The notes: a model not told the origin generated them from the letters alone. Positions 17,051 through 25,283 are shown, numbered from the stretch's first letter. The stretch: 59,040 nucleotides of DNA from Candidatus Kaiserbacteria bacterium RIFCSPHIGHO2_02_FULL_49_34 (GCA_001781205.1 MFLE01000017.1:1-59040); one strand, 5' to 3'. A program made the numbers and translations.

Positions 17051-18580
17051 TCGCTGGCGAATATCGTCAATCGTCTCTATCTTCCAATCATGTACATCAG
17101 GGCCGCTCAGCGCGCTCTTTTGTTTGTCTGGCATACCATAGCGCCGGTACGCAAGAAATAAAATACCAACCGTTACAAGTACATAGATGCATCCGAGTAC
17201 ACTCAGTGAATATATACCTATGGTAAAGTACGCATACGGAAGCGCATGCAACAGTCGCGCGACCGCAATAATATACCCATGGAGTAGCGTGACGAGTTCA
17301 GCGAAAAAAGGAACCGCACTCGGCGATACCACTGAACCTATCCATAAAACAAGCGATGCAAGCATTGCGAACGGAACCACGGGTAGCACCAGTACATTGG
17401 CAAAGGTGCCAATAAGCGGGAAAGTCCCCATTGACCATGAAAGGAGCGGGGTCAGGATGAGTTCAATGGAAATTGTTGCCGCGACTATCGCACGCAATTC
17501 AAATGTGGTTGGTATTGCGCGTAAGAAAAGCATAATAATTGGCGTCACGACAATAATCGCAAAGGTTGCCAAAAATGAAAACTGAAACCCCGCATCATAC
17601 AAAAGTGCATACGGTGCAAGAAAGGTAATGATACACGCGGCAATCGCAAGTGCTCGAAGTGGTGCCCTTCCCTTGCCCAGCACGCAGGCAATAGCAACAC
17701 ATGTCGCCATAATATCCGCACGCACCACCGTTGGTGTTAGCCCAACCATGACACTAAAAAGAAGTGTTGCACCGAGCGCAACAACGAATCGCGCGCGATA
17801 CGGCAAAAAGAACGAGGTGAGGAAGATTATTGCAGCAAAAATTGCCATGATATGGAACCCCGAGAGCACCACAATGTGCACAAGACCAACTTCACGAAAG
17901 ACACGATTCTCGTCTTCGTCAAGAGTACCACCGATCCCCAGGAGCATCGCCGTCGCTAATCCTGCTTCTGGTTCGCGTATGGTGCGCGCGATAGTTGCTG
18001 CAATAGCATCTCGGAATGTGTACAGTGTTCCGATGTCTGTATGATACCAATTCGTCCCTACCACTTCATACTTGAGCGTCTTGGTATCGAAGAGAACATT
18101 TCGCGCTCGGGAGAATTCCGTGTATGCAAAGACGCGACCTGTTTCCGTTATGAACGGCTCAGGTTCATGAAGTAGCGCACTGTAAAGAATAACCTCTCCT
18201 ACACGAAGGGTGCTTTCGGGTAGTGTTGCACGAATACCAACACCCCACGCTTCGTCCTGCAACAAAACTCGCGTACGCATTGCGTTCGAAGAGAGAATCT
18301 GCGCAACCACCGCCTTGCGTTCTACAGCTTCTGTGGAACGGGCGATGGTATCAAAATGTGTGACCGTTGTGCTAGCATGGATAAATCCGAGTATGCAGAT
18401 ACCCGATAGGAACAAAACACTCGTCCGCAGACCCTGTGCAAAGTAGGCGAGCAGTGGCAAAAATATCGCAGAAAATATAAGGAGAAGTGGGGTCTGCGAA
18501 TATGAAACAACGTCACTTGTTCCAAAAACGATCCCTATGAGCCAACCAGCCGTCAACGCGTAAAAATTATATCCTGACAT
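17042..18580 (-). CDS. comEC: ComEC/Rec2 competence channel (DUF4131 + competence domain, no MBL domain)
   Basis: 512-aa polytopic membrane protein with an N-terminal OB-like segment. The membrane core includes REVGLVHIVVLSGFHI, typical of ComEC. Confidence 0.75.
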   Translation of the reverse strand: MSGYNFYALTAGWLIGIVFGTSDVVSYSQTPLLLIFSAIFLPLLAYFAQGLRTSVLFLSGICILGFIHASTTVTHFDTIARSTEAVERKAVVAQILSSNAMRTRVLLQDEAWGVGIRATLPESTLRVGEVILYSALLHEPEPFITETGRVFAYTEFSRARNVLFDTKTLKYEVVGTNWYHTDIGTLYTFRDAIAATIARTIREPEAGLATAMLLGIGGTLDEDENRVFREVGLVHIVVLSGFHIMAIFAAIIFLTSFFLPYRARFVVALGATLLFSVMVGLTPTVVRADIMATCVAIACVLGKGRAPLRALAIAACIITFLAPYALLYDAGFQFSFLATFAIIVVTPIIMLFLRAIPTTFELRAIVAATISIELILTPLLSWSMGTFPLIGTFANVLVLPVVPFAMLASLVLWIGSVVSPSAVPFFAELVTLLHGYIIAVARLLHALPYAYFTIGIYSLSVLGCIYVLVTVGILFLAYRRYGMPDKQKSALSGPDVHDWKIETIDDIRQRLG

Positions 18581-18650
18581 GAAACAATGTTCGCTATTAT
18601 TTCACATCTTGTGGATATTACAAAACAAAATGCCCGCTTGGGCATTTTGC

Positions 18651-19073
18651 TTACGCTTTTCTATCCATTGCATCGTTCGCAAGACGGTCGGCATCTTTGT
18701 TGAATTCGCGGTAGACGTGCTGGAACGTCAGATGTGGGAAGTGTTCTTTTTGGAGTGCTTTTATCTTCTCAAACTGGATACGCAATTCTGGTGACTTCAC
18801 TTTATAGATACCATCCATCTGCCGCTGTACGAGCTGGCTATCAAGACGGATCTCGACGGAGATTTTCTTGGTCTCATCAGCGAACATTGCATGAAGGGTC
18901 TCAAGCGCGACAAGTACCGCCTCATACTCCGCATGATTGTTGGTAGCTACCCCCAAATACTTTGAAACCTCCGCAAGCATATCACCATCCACATTGGTAA
19001 TATACACTCCCAACCCCGAAGGCCCTGGATTCCCCCGCGACCCCCCGTCCGTATATGCAATTATCTTTTTCAT
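18651..19073 (-). CDS. rnhA: ribonuclease HI
   Basis: YTDGGSRGNPGPSG.., NNHAEYEAV and NKDADRLAN together cover the DEDD catalytic pattern. Confidence 0.85.
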   Translation of the reverse strand: MKKIIAYTDGGSRGNPGPSGLGVYITNVDGDMLAEVSKYLGVATNNHAEYEAVLVALETLHAMFADETKKISVEIRLDSQLVQRQMDGIYKVKSPELRIQFEKIKALQKEHFPHLTFQHVYREFNKDADRLANDAMDRKA

Positions 19074-19138
19074 CCGTGCATTTTACTACAGCGAGAGGAA
19101 AGAAGCCAACAAAAAAGAGCTGGAAGCTCTTTTTTCTG

Positions 19139-19314
19139 TGCCGAGGGCGGGACTCGGTCACAGTTGCTAAGTCTTTTACTTCGCTGACGCTCATAAAAGT
19201 CAAAGCACTGCCGACCCCGACTCGCCGACAAGTATTTCTGTTGTGCTACGCTAACGCTTCACATCAACAGAAATCTTGTATACCAGCTCCGTCGTTCGAG
19301 TCCCGCTCCGGCAG
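19139..19314 (+). ncRNA. tRNA-linked structured element, copy B (Leu-UAA-type ends)
   Basis: Same core as copy A, with compensatory stem changes. Ends CGGGACTCG/CGAGTCCCG pair and mimic the T-arm of tRNA-Leu(UAA). Flanked by hairpin terminators at 19111-19136 and 19328-19352. Confidence 0.45.
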
Positions 19315-19327
19315 AAAATAATCAAAA

Positions 19328-19352
19328 AAGAGCTCGCCGCTCTTGTTTTGTT
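19328..19352. terminator. intrinsic terminator between elements B and C
   Basis: aagagc-tcgcc-gctctt with an A-run and a T-run. Confidence 0.6.
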
Positions 19353-19360
19353 ATTTTCTG

Positions 19361-19544
19361 TGCCGGGAGCGGGACTCGACCCAGAATCATGGACTTTTTA
19401 ATTCGTGCTGACGCACTCTAAAAATCTCATGTTCTTGGTCGGCCACTCGCTTTGCTTGTTCCTTCGCTACCGCTACGGAAACGCAATATGCTCCGTGTCT
19501 TCGAGTCCCGACGTAGGCAAAGCAGTTTGCCTACTCTCCCGGCA
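19361..19544 (+). ncRNA. tRNA-linked structured element, copy C (divergent; Leu-UAA-type ends)
   Basis: Starts with tgccgggagcgggactcga, identical to the reverse complement of the 3-prime end of tRNA-Leu(UAA). Ends with ttcgagtcccg..ctctcccggca. First hairpin is alignable with copy B. Has an extra hairpin taggcaaagcagtttgccta. Confidence 0.4.
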
Positions 19545-19548
19545 CTGT

Positions 19549-19586
19549 GAAAATGTAAAACCGCCCTTAGGCGGTTAACATTTTCT
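19549..19586. terminator. terminator shared by element C and tRNA-Leu(UAA)
   Basis: gaaaatgtaaaaccgcc-ctta-ggcggttaacattttc. A near-identical inverted copy lies at 19820-19857. Confidence 0.65.
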
Positions 19587-19590
19587 GCAG

Positions 19591-19676
19591 TGCCGGGAGC
19601 GGGACTCGAACCCGCACGACCGTATTAGGGTCCAGGAATTTTAAGTCCCCTATGTCTACCATTCCATCATCCCGGC
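19591..19676 (-). tRNA. tRNA-Leu (anticodon UAA)
   Basis: Acceptor GCCGGGA/TCCCGGC, anticodon loop CTTAAAA, long variable arm, T-arm GCGGG-TTCGAGT-CCCGC. Confidence 0.9.
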
Positions 19677-19743
19677 AGCAATTGGCATCATAGCATAAAG
19701 CAGTTGGATTATCACGCGGTATATGCTAAAGTATCGAGCACAA

Positions 19744-19815
19744 GTCTCGGTGGCGAAGTGGTAACGCTGTGGATTGCAAATCCTCCATGCGCGGGTTCGA
19801 TTCCCGCCCGGGACT
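19744..19815 (+). tRNA. tRNA-Cys (anticodon GCA)
   Basis: Acceptor GTCTCGG/CCGGGAC (one G-U pair), anticodon loop TTGCAAA, T-arm GCGGG-TTCGATT-CCCGC. Confidence 0.85.
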
Positions 19816-19819
19816 CATA

Positions 19820-19857
19820 GAAAATGTTAACCGCCCCTTGGCGGTTTTACATTTTCA
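19820..19857. terminator. terminator after tRNA-Cys
   Basis: gaaaatgttaaccgcc-cctt-ggcggttttacattttc. Confidence 0.65.
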
Positions 19858-19956
19858 TGAGTCCCGGGAAGAGGCGAACTGATTCGCCTTGTGACACTTC
19901 GCTTGAAAAAGCAGTAATATTGTGTATACTGCATCGACGTCCACAAGACGACATCT

Positions 19957-20038
19957 GCCCAGGTGTTGAAATTGGTAGACAAGCTACCTTGAGGTGGTAG
20001 TGCCGAGAGGCGTGGAGGTTCAAGTCCTCTCCTGGGCA
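19957..20038 (+). tRNA. tRNA-Leu (anticodon GAG)
   Basis: Acceptor GCCCAGG/CCTGGGC, anticodon loop TTGAGGT, long variable arm, T-arm GGAGG-TTCAAGT-CCTCT. Confidence 0.9.
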
Positions 20039-20044
20039 CAAAAC

Positions 20045-20080
20045 AAAAATTCCCAAAGCGTCTAGCTTTGGGAATTTATT
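20045..20080. terminator. bidirectional terminator
   Basis: attcccaaagc-gtcta-gctttgggaat with A and T runs. It forms the centre of the larger palindrome 20013-20110. Confidence 0.7.
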
Positions 20081-20085
20081 GTTTT

Positions 20086-20256
20086 GCACCCAGGAGAGGA
20101 CTTGAACGCCGGAGCCGGTACACAAGCTTTGTATTGATACGCAGCTTTAGCGCAGCACAATACAAAGACTTGTCGGCGAGGTGGGGTCGGCAGCACTTAG
20201 CAGAATTGGAGCGATAGCGAACAATTCTGTTTAGTGACTGTGACCAAGTCCTCTCC
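20086..20256 (-). ncRNA. tRNA-linked structured element, copy D (Leu-GAG-type ends)
   Basis: Core is near-identical to copy A. Perfect 12-bp closing stem GGAGAGGACTTG/CAAGTCCTCTCC copies the T-arm of the adjacent tRNA-Leu(GAG). Confidence 0.45.
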
Positions 20257-20279
20257 AAAAGTACAGCGTAAAAATTAAT

Positions 20280-20483
20280 TTATTTTTTACGCTGTACTGC
20301 AAGATACACAAGCCCGCACGGAACTATCACCATAATTACGGTAACCAACAGATTGGTACCTGAATCAACTGAGGGCGGTTCATTTCGCGCTACTATATAC
20401 GATACCGTAAAAAATATTGCTAAGGAAAACGCAATTGCAAAGAGCATATATCGAATGCTTTTACGGTACTTGTAAGAAGTCAT
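20280..20483 (-). CDS. small hypothetical membrane protein (two TM)
   Basis: 67-aa ORF with two hydrophobic helices. A hairpin terminator overlaps its stop codon (about 20259-20300). Confidence 0.45.
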   Translation of the reverse strand: MTSYKYRKSIRYMLFAIAFSLAIFFTVSYIVARNEPPSVDSGTNLLVTVIMVIVPCGLVYLAVQRKK

Positions 20484-20597
20484 ATATTTTTTCTAGTATA
20501 CACCCGCTTGAAACAAACGCCCATCCACTTCACAATGTAAACCAACAAGTGTATACTTTCACTAACCTTCGGGTCGTTAGCATTTAATTATTTTTCT

Positions 20598-21029
20598 ATG
20601 GAAAAAATTCATACACTGGTGCACAAACTTAATAATCCAGACGCAGGAGTTCTCCTCCTTCGTCTTGCACTTGGTATCGTATTCATCTATCACGGATGGG
20701 CAAAGATTCAGGGCGCTGAGGGGATGATTCCTTTCTTTGACTCTATCGGCATCAACGCATTCTGGTTCTATGTTGCAACCTACACTGAATTCCTTGGTGG
20801 TATTGCACTTATTCTTGGTATCTTTGTTCGCTATGCAGCTATCTTGCTCACCATCACCATGGCCGTTGCCGTACTCAAGGTACACTGGGATGCAGGTTTC
20901 AGCCTTCAGGCTGGGGGCTATGAGTATGCCTTTGCACTCATGCTCGCCTCAGCAGCACTGGTAACTATGGGCGCCGGCAAGTACTCTCTTGCGAAGAAAG
21001 TACCTATGGTCTGCACCGACTGCAACTAA
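20598..21029 (+). CDS. DoxX-family membrane protein
   Basis: LLLRLALGIVFIYHGWAKI..TEFLGGIALILG is typical of DoxX. Confidence 0.75.
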   Translation: MEKIHTLVHKLNNPDAGVLLLRLALGIVFIYHGWAKIQGAEGMIPFFDSIGINAFWFYVATYTEFLGGIALILGIFVRYAAILLTITMAVAVLKVHWDAGFSLQAGGYEYAFALMLASAALVTMGAGKYSLAKKVPMVCTDCN

Positions 21030-21040
21030 TCTAGCACAAA

Positions 21041-21072
21041 AAAAATCGAGCATATGCTCGATTTTTTTGTGA
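21041..21072. terminator. bidirectional terminator
   Basis: aaaaaaaatcgagcatatgctcgattttttt, a perfect palindrome between convergent genes. Confidence 0.75.
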
Positions 21073-21579
21073 CTACGCTTCCTTGATAGTTTCTTCGGTT
21101 GGTGCTGCTGCAACGTCTGCAGCCTGCGCTGCTTCTGCTGCCTGCTTTGCAACGTCTGCAGCTTCTGCTTCCTTGCGGACAGCAACAGCTGCTTCGGATT
21201 CGGTCGCGATAGACACGAGACGCATACGACGCATTGCACGCTTGATTTCGCGGGCAACCTTCTCACGAATGTGGTAGAGCTTTGAACGGCGAACCATTGA
21301 ACGCTTAACGATTTCGATTTTGTCGATGTTTGGTGAGTAGAGTGGATAAATCTTCTCTACACCAATACCATCAACCATCTTGCGAACAGTGAATGTTGCG
21401 CCTGCTTCATCGCCGTGCTTACGTGCGAGTACGAGCCCTTCGAAGATCTGGATACGAGTCTTGCCCTTGTCCTGGATCTTCTGGTGCACCTTAACGGTGT
21501 CACCTGCGCGGAGACCGAGCTCCTTGCGTGCCTGCATCTCAACGGGTGAGACAACTACGGCGTTCATAAGTTTTGACAT
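21073..21579 (-). CDS. rplS: 50S ribosomal protein L19 with Ala/Glu-rich C-terminal extension
   Basis: Start taken at MSKLMNAV. GDTVKVHQKIQDKGKTRIQIFEGLVLARKHG..YSPNIDKIEIV is canonical L19. About 50 extra residues of low complexity follow (AEAADVAKQAAEAAQAADVAA). Confidence 0.85.
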   Translation of the reverse strand: MSKLMNAVVVSPVEMQARKELGLRAGDTVKVHQKIQDKGKTRIQIFEGLVLARKHGDEAGATFTVRKMVDGIGVEKIYPLYSPNIDKIEIVKRSMVRRSKLYHIREKVAREIKRAMRRMRLVSIATESEAAVAVRKEAEAADVAKQAAEAAQAADVAAAPTEETIKEA

Positions 21580-21719
21580 ATATTGTATTGCGCGCCTTTC
21601 TGGGGCATGGTTTCTTTGATGACTTTCAACAAAGAGGCTAGCCATGCATCGTCAGGTGCTGTGGGGCGACTATACCACATAACGTTGAAATTTCAAGGAA
21701 ATATGATACCCTACGGAAC

Positions 21720-22313
21720 ATGCAATCAACATTCAACAACAACCTCGTCCCGATGGTGGTCGAGAAGGGCCCTATGGGCGAACGTGCGTACGATATTTTC
21801 TCTCGCCTTTTGAAAGAGCGTATCATTTTCGTGACAGGCCCTATTTATGACGAAATGGCAAACCTTATCGTTGCGCAACTTCTCTTCCTTGAAGCAGAAG
21901 ACCCCAAGAAAGAAATCCACCTGTACATCAATTCTCCGGGTGGCTCAGTAACTGCCGGCCTCGCTATCCTCGACACCATGAATCACGTGAAGCCTGATGT
22001 GACGACAACCTGTATCGGTATCGCTGCATCGATGGGGTCAGTCCTCCTCTCAGCAGGAGCAAAGGGAAAACGTCGCATTCTCCCGAACGCGGAAGTGATG
22101 ATTCACCAGGTACTCGGCGGCGCCGAAGGTCAGGCATCTGACATCGCGATTACTGCAAAACACATCCTCCGCACGAAGGATAATCTCAACAAAATTCTTG
22201 CGAACAATACTGGCAAAACATTTGCTGAAGTTGAAAAGGATGCTGACCGCGACTACTGGATGAACGCAGACGAAGCAAAGAAATACGGCATCGTTGACGG
22301 AATCCTCAAATAA
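21720..22313 (+). CDS. clpP: ATP-dependent Clp protease proteolytic subunit
   Basis: [16 protein letters not shown].., [16 protein letters not shown] and IHQVLGG; the Ser-His-Asp context is conserved. Confidence 0.9.
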   Translation: MQSTFNNNLVPMVVEKGPMGERAYDIFSRLLKERIIFVTGPIYDEMANLIVAQLLFLEAEDPKKEIHLYINSPGGSVTAGLAILDTMNHVKPDVTTTCIGIAASMGSVLLSAGAKGKRRILPNAEVMIHQVLGGAEGQASDIAITAKHILRTKDNLNKILANNTGKTFAEVEKDADRDYWMNADEAKKYGIVDGILK

Positions 22314-22322
22314 TACACACAG

Positions 22323-22352
22323 AAAAAACCGCAGCAATGCTGCGGTTTTTTG
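22323..22352. terminator. intrinsic terminator
   Basis: aaaaaaccgcagcaatgctgcggtttttt. Confidence 0.75.
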
Positions 22353-22365
22353 TGCCCCCCCCCTG

Positions 22366-22497
22366 TTACGAGCACCGACGAGTGTCTACAACGCATGCGC
22401 CAACAAGCGCGATTGCTACGAGACTCCAAAGCATAGGTGATGCAAATACTGCTGCGAGAATTGCGCCGAACAGTACAACAACAAGAAAGAAAATCAT
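22366..22497 (-). CDS. possible 43-aa hydrophobic peptide
   Basis: Below the ORF-track length cut-off. My translation is MIFFLVVVLFGAILAAVFASPMLWSLVAIALVGACVVDTRRCS. Composition is the only support. Confidence 0.25.
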   Translation of the reverse strand: MIFFLVVVLFGAILAAVFASPMLWSLVAIALVGACVVDTRRCS

Positions 22498-22589
22498 AGT
22501 CTAACTCCTAAAGGTGAACGAACTCACTAAAAAGTACTACATATTTATAGTGGTGTCCACCCCTTGCATAAATAATTTTTCTAAGTATT

Positions 22590-22955
22590 ATGCAAACTAC
22601 TTGCGTAATTATGAGAACAAATACCTGGGGAGAACATATTCTTGAAGTGCTCAAGAAGTCGCACACAATGACGCTTGCAGAGCTCGGGAAGAAAATTCCT
22701 GCAGCTGACCAATCGACGCTTTTTCGTAACGCCGAACGTCTCGTGAAAGATGGGGCACTACGTAAGATTGTCGTGAATCAGCGGACCAGTGCGTACGAAC
22801 TCGTTACAGAGAATCACCAGCACGACCACTTTGTGTGTGATGACTGTGAAGAAGTCTCCCCTATCGAAATGCCTCGCCCAAAGGGCTTGCAGAAAATACG
22901 CGATGTTGTCGTGCGCGGCGTTTGCGCCCCGTGTATAAAAGAGAAGAAAAAATAA
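22590..22955 (+). CDS. Fur-family metal-responsive transcriptional regulator
   Basis: Winged-helix N-terminal region, then HDHFVCDDCEEV..GVCAPC, the Fur/Zur/PerR-type structural Zn site. Confidence 0.75.
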   Translation: MQTTCVIMRTNTWGEHILEVLKKSHTMTLAELGKKIPAADQSTLFRNAERLVKDGALRKIVVNQRTSAYELVTENHQHDHFVCDDCEEVSPIEMPRPKGLQKIRDVVVRGVCAPCIKEKKK

Positions 22956-22957
22956 GT

Positions 22958-23791
22958 ATGAAAATTGGATTTGTAGGAAAAGGCGGTAGTGGTAAAAGCT
23001 CAATGAGCTGGCTCTTTTCACATGTCCTTGCACAAAGCGGCACACCCGTCCTCGCGATTGACGCGGATCATAATATGGACCTCACCTCGAATCTTGGCGT
23101 TGACGAGTCTGATTTGCCAACGATGCTTTCGACACACAGTATTTTCCGCGAGATTGTGGGGCTTAAAAATGGGGATGTGTGGGGTGATTTGGTACGTGAC
23201 GAGACTCGTCCGAAACCGTCATTTACTATCAATCCGCCTGATTACTACACTGAGGCAGTCCGCACGAATGTGTGTGAGAACCTTGACCTTATCAATGTCG
23301 GGCTCGGTTCGGAAGAGGCATTGTATCTCGCACGTTGCTCGCATGGTAATTCTGCACCGCTTAAATTCTACCTTCCTTTCCTTGCCGAAGATGAAGCTGC
23401 GGTGATAGTTGACGGTGTCGCAGGCACGGACATGATGAACTTTGGACTGTATGCAGGCATTGATGCACTCGTATGTGTCGTTGAGCCACATCGAAATTCT
23501 GTGAAAGTATTTGAACTTATTAAATCTGTTGCTGAGCGCACGAATATTCCCGTATTTGCGATTCTTAACAAACCGTCGACAAATGAATTTCATACACTCA
23601 TGCGCGAAAAGTATGCTAACCAAGTGATTGGCGAAATCCCGCTGGACGTTGCAGTGCAAGACCTCACCGCGAACACACTCGCTTCACAAACGCAGAATGC
23701 CGTACATGCAATATGGAATCGATTGAAGGAAATTATTCCGAAGACCGACCATAAAAAGCGCCTCGCTGATATTGTCGCGCTCAAGTCGTAG
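22958..23791 (+). CDS. MinD/ParA-superfamily P-loop NTPase, CooC-like (possible metallochaperone)
   Basis: Deviant Walker A GKGGSGKSS at the N-terminus and AIDADHN. Starts 2 nt after the fur-family stop, so translational coupling is likely. Confidence 0.65.
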   Translation: MKIGFVGKGGSGKSSMSWLFSHVLAQSGTPVLAIDADHNMDLTSNLGVDESDLPTMLSTHSIFREIVGLKNGDVWGDLVRDETRPKPSFTINPPDYYTEAVRTNVCENLDLINVGLGSEEALYLARCSHGNSAPLKFYLPFLAEDEAAVIVDGVAGTDMMNFGLYAGIDALVCVVEPHRNSVKVFELIKSVAERTNIPVFAILNKPSTNEFHTLMREKYANQVIGEIPLDVAVQDLTANTLASQTQNAVHAIWNRLKEIIPKTDHKKRLADIVALKS

Positions 23792-23870
23792 CTATCTAGA
23801 GTACATGAATCTCATGTACTCTATGATGGTCTCGACCATCATTTGATCTTTCAACCCAAAGGAGTTACCC

Positions 23871-24272
23871 ATGGACTGTATTACCGCACGTAAAGTTTGG
23901 AGTCACCCCTGCTGCCCGATCGACGGGCTGCGCACCACCCTGCCGGACGTCATGGATCGTCTTGAAGCGACGGTTCTCAAGTATGTCGAGATGGCAAACG
24001 ACCCGTTTGACCGCAAGGTTAAAGAGCAGGTCACGGCACAAAACTTTTTCATCACCCATGTCGATGACCACGACCCTACAACCGAACGTACACACAGTGT
24101 GCTCGGTGACGCGGCCATGAACCTGCTTCTCTCGCGCTACTTTAGCGGCAAGTATCGTCAGCCGATTGTGCTTCAGAATGTTTGCTGCTCCGGCTGCAAC
24201 ATCCATGCCGGTGATCTCGACGAAGCAACCATTCTCCAAATTCAGCGTGCGGCCGTCTCGATTGAGATGTAA
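23871..24272 (+). CDS. hypothetical Cys-rich protein (133 aa)
   Basis: AAGGAG Shine-Dalgarno 7 nt upstream and a terminator downstream. Cys clusters HPCCP and CCSGC. No family recognised. Sampled 60-nt lines run from 48% to 63% GC, partly above the window background. Confidence 0.55.
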   Translation: MDCITARKVWSHPCCPIDGLRTTLPDVMDRLEATVLKYVEMANDPFDRKVKEQVTAQNFFITHVDDHDPTTERTHSVLGDAAMNLLLSRYFSGKYRQPIVLQNVCCSGCNIHAGDLDEATILQIQRAAVSIEM

Positions 24273-24285
24273 GCACGAACCCTTT

Positions 24286-24316
24286 GGAAAGCCAGCTAGT
24301 ATAGCTGGCTTTTTTT
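24286..24316 (+). terminator. intrinsic terminator
   Basis: aagccagctagtatagctggcttttttt. Confidence 0.75.
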
Positions 24317-24343
24317 GTGGGTGTTTCGTGCTATAGTGCGAGC

Positions 24344-25219
24344 ATGTCACATCATACACATCCAGAAATTACGACGGATATTGTCGTTATCTATCATGCA
24401 AATTGCTACGACGGCTTTGGCGGTGCGTGGGTTGCATGGAAAAAATTTGGCGATACCGCAACCTATATTCCTGCAAAGTATGGGCAGGAATTACCCGAGG
24501 GTATTGACGGACGTGAGATTTATGTTATTGACTTTTCATACGATGGCGAGCCGCTCTTGGAGCTTGAACGTCGTGCTCGTCGTGCTGTTTGCATCGACCA
24601 TCACGCAAGTGCAGAACCGTGGGTTCGACAACTCAAAGAACATGTTTTTGATTTAAACCACTCAGGTGCGTATCTTGCATGGGAATACTTCTTCCCCGAT
24701 GAGCCGGTGCCAAAGTTTATCGAGTACATTTCTGAGTCTGATATTTTTAAACTTACACTACCGTTTGCTGAGGAAGTTACTGCGTATCTCCAAGCTCTCC
24801 CACAAACGTTCGAATCGTTTGAAAATATGCATCGCGAGATTGACGATACAGTACTGTTCGAGCAAGCAATTGAAAAAGGAAAACTTCTTATGGTGTATCG
24901 CGACAAAGTTCTTGAACCCGCGATGAACAGCATTCTCACCATCGAGCTTGCTGGCTATGAGATTCCGGCGGTAAACATGTGCTTCCCTATTTCGGAAGTC
25001 TCGCATGGTCTGCATAACGTCTATGAGCTCTATCCACCTATTGCAATGTCGTACCGACTCGACGACGGTCAGTGGAAGTGTTCACTCCGCTCTAATACCA
25101 CCGTTGATTGCTCAAAAATAGCGCAACAATTCGGTGGTGGTGGACATCCTGGTTCTGCAGGTTTTGCCATCCCCTATGAAGAAGGCATCTTCCCTTTCAA
25201 AATTATTCACGGTGCGTAA
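24344..25219 (+). CDS. DHH/DHHA1-family phosphoesterase (NrnB-like)
   Basis: VIYHANCYDGFGGAW, IDHH, and C-terminal GGGGHPGSAGF (DHHA1). TATAGT -10 box at 24332-24337. Confidence 0.75.
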   Translation: MSHHTHPEITTDIVVIYHANCYDGFGGAWVAWKKFGDTATYIPAKYGQELPEGIDGREIYVIDFSYDGEPLLELERRARRAVCIDHHASAEPWVRQLKEHVFDLNHSGAYLAWEYFFPDEPVPKFIEYISESDIFKLTLPFAEEVTAYLQALPQTFESFENMHREIDDTVLFEQAIEKGKLLMVYRDKVLEPAMNSILTIELAGYEIPAVNMCFPISEVSHGLHNVYELYPPIAMSYRLDDGQWKCSLRSNTTVDCSKIAQQFGGGGHPGSAGFAIPYEEGIFPFKIIHGA

Positions 25220-25228
25220 TCCTAAAGA

Positions 25229-25261
25229 ACAACACCTGCCTATTAGGCAGGTGTTGTTCTT
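25229..25261. terminator. bidirectional terminator
   Basis: aacaacacctgcc-tatt-aggcaggtgttgtt. Confidence 0.75.
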
Positions 25262-25283
25262 TTCTTAGCACATACGCGAAGCA

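Noticed and set aside
23865-24359. 164-aa minus-strand ORF overlapping the Cys-rich gene
   Set aside because: The plus-strand frame has an AAGGAG Shine-Dalgarno at the correct spacing and a downstream intrinsic terminator. The minus-strand ORF would run through that terminator and into the DHH gene promoter.
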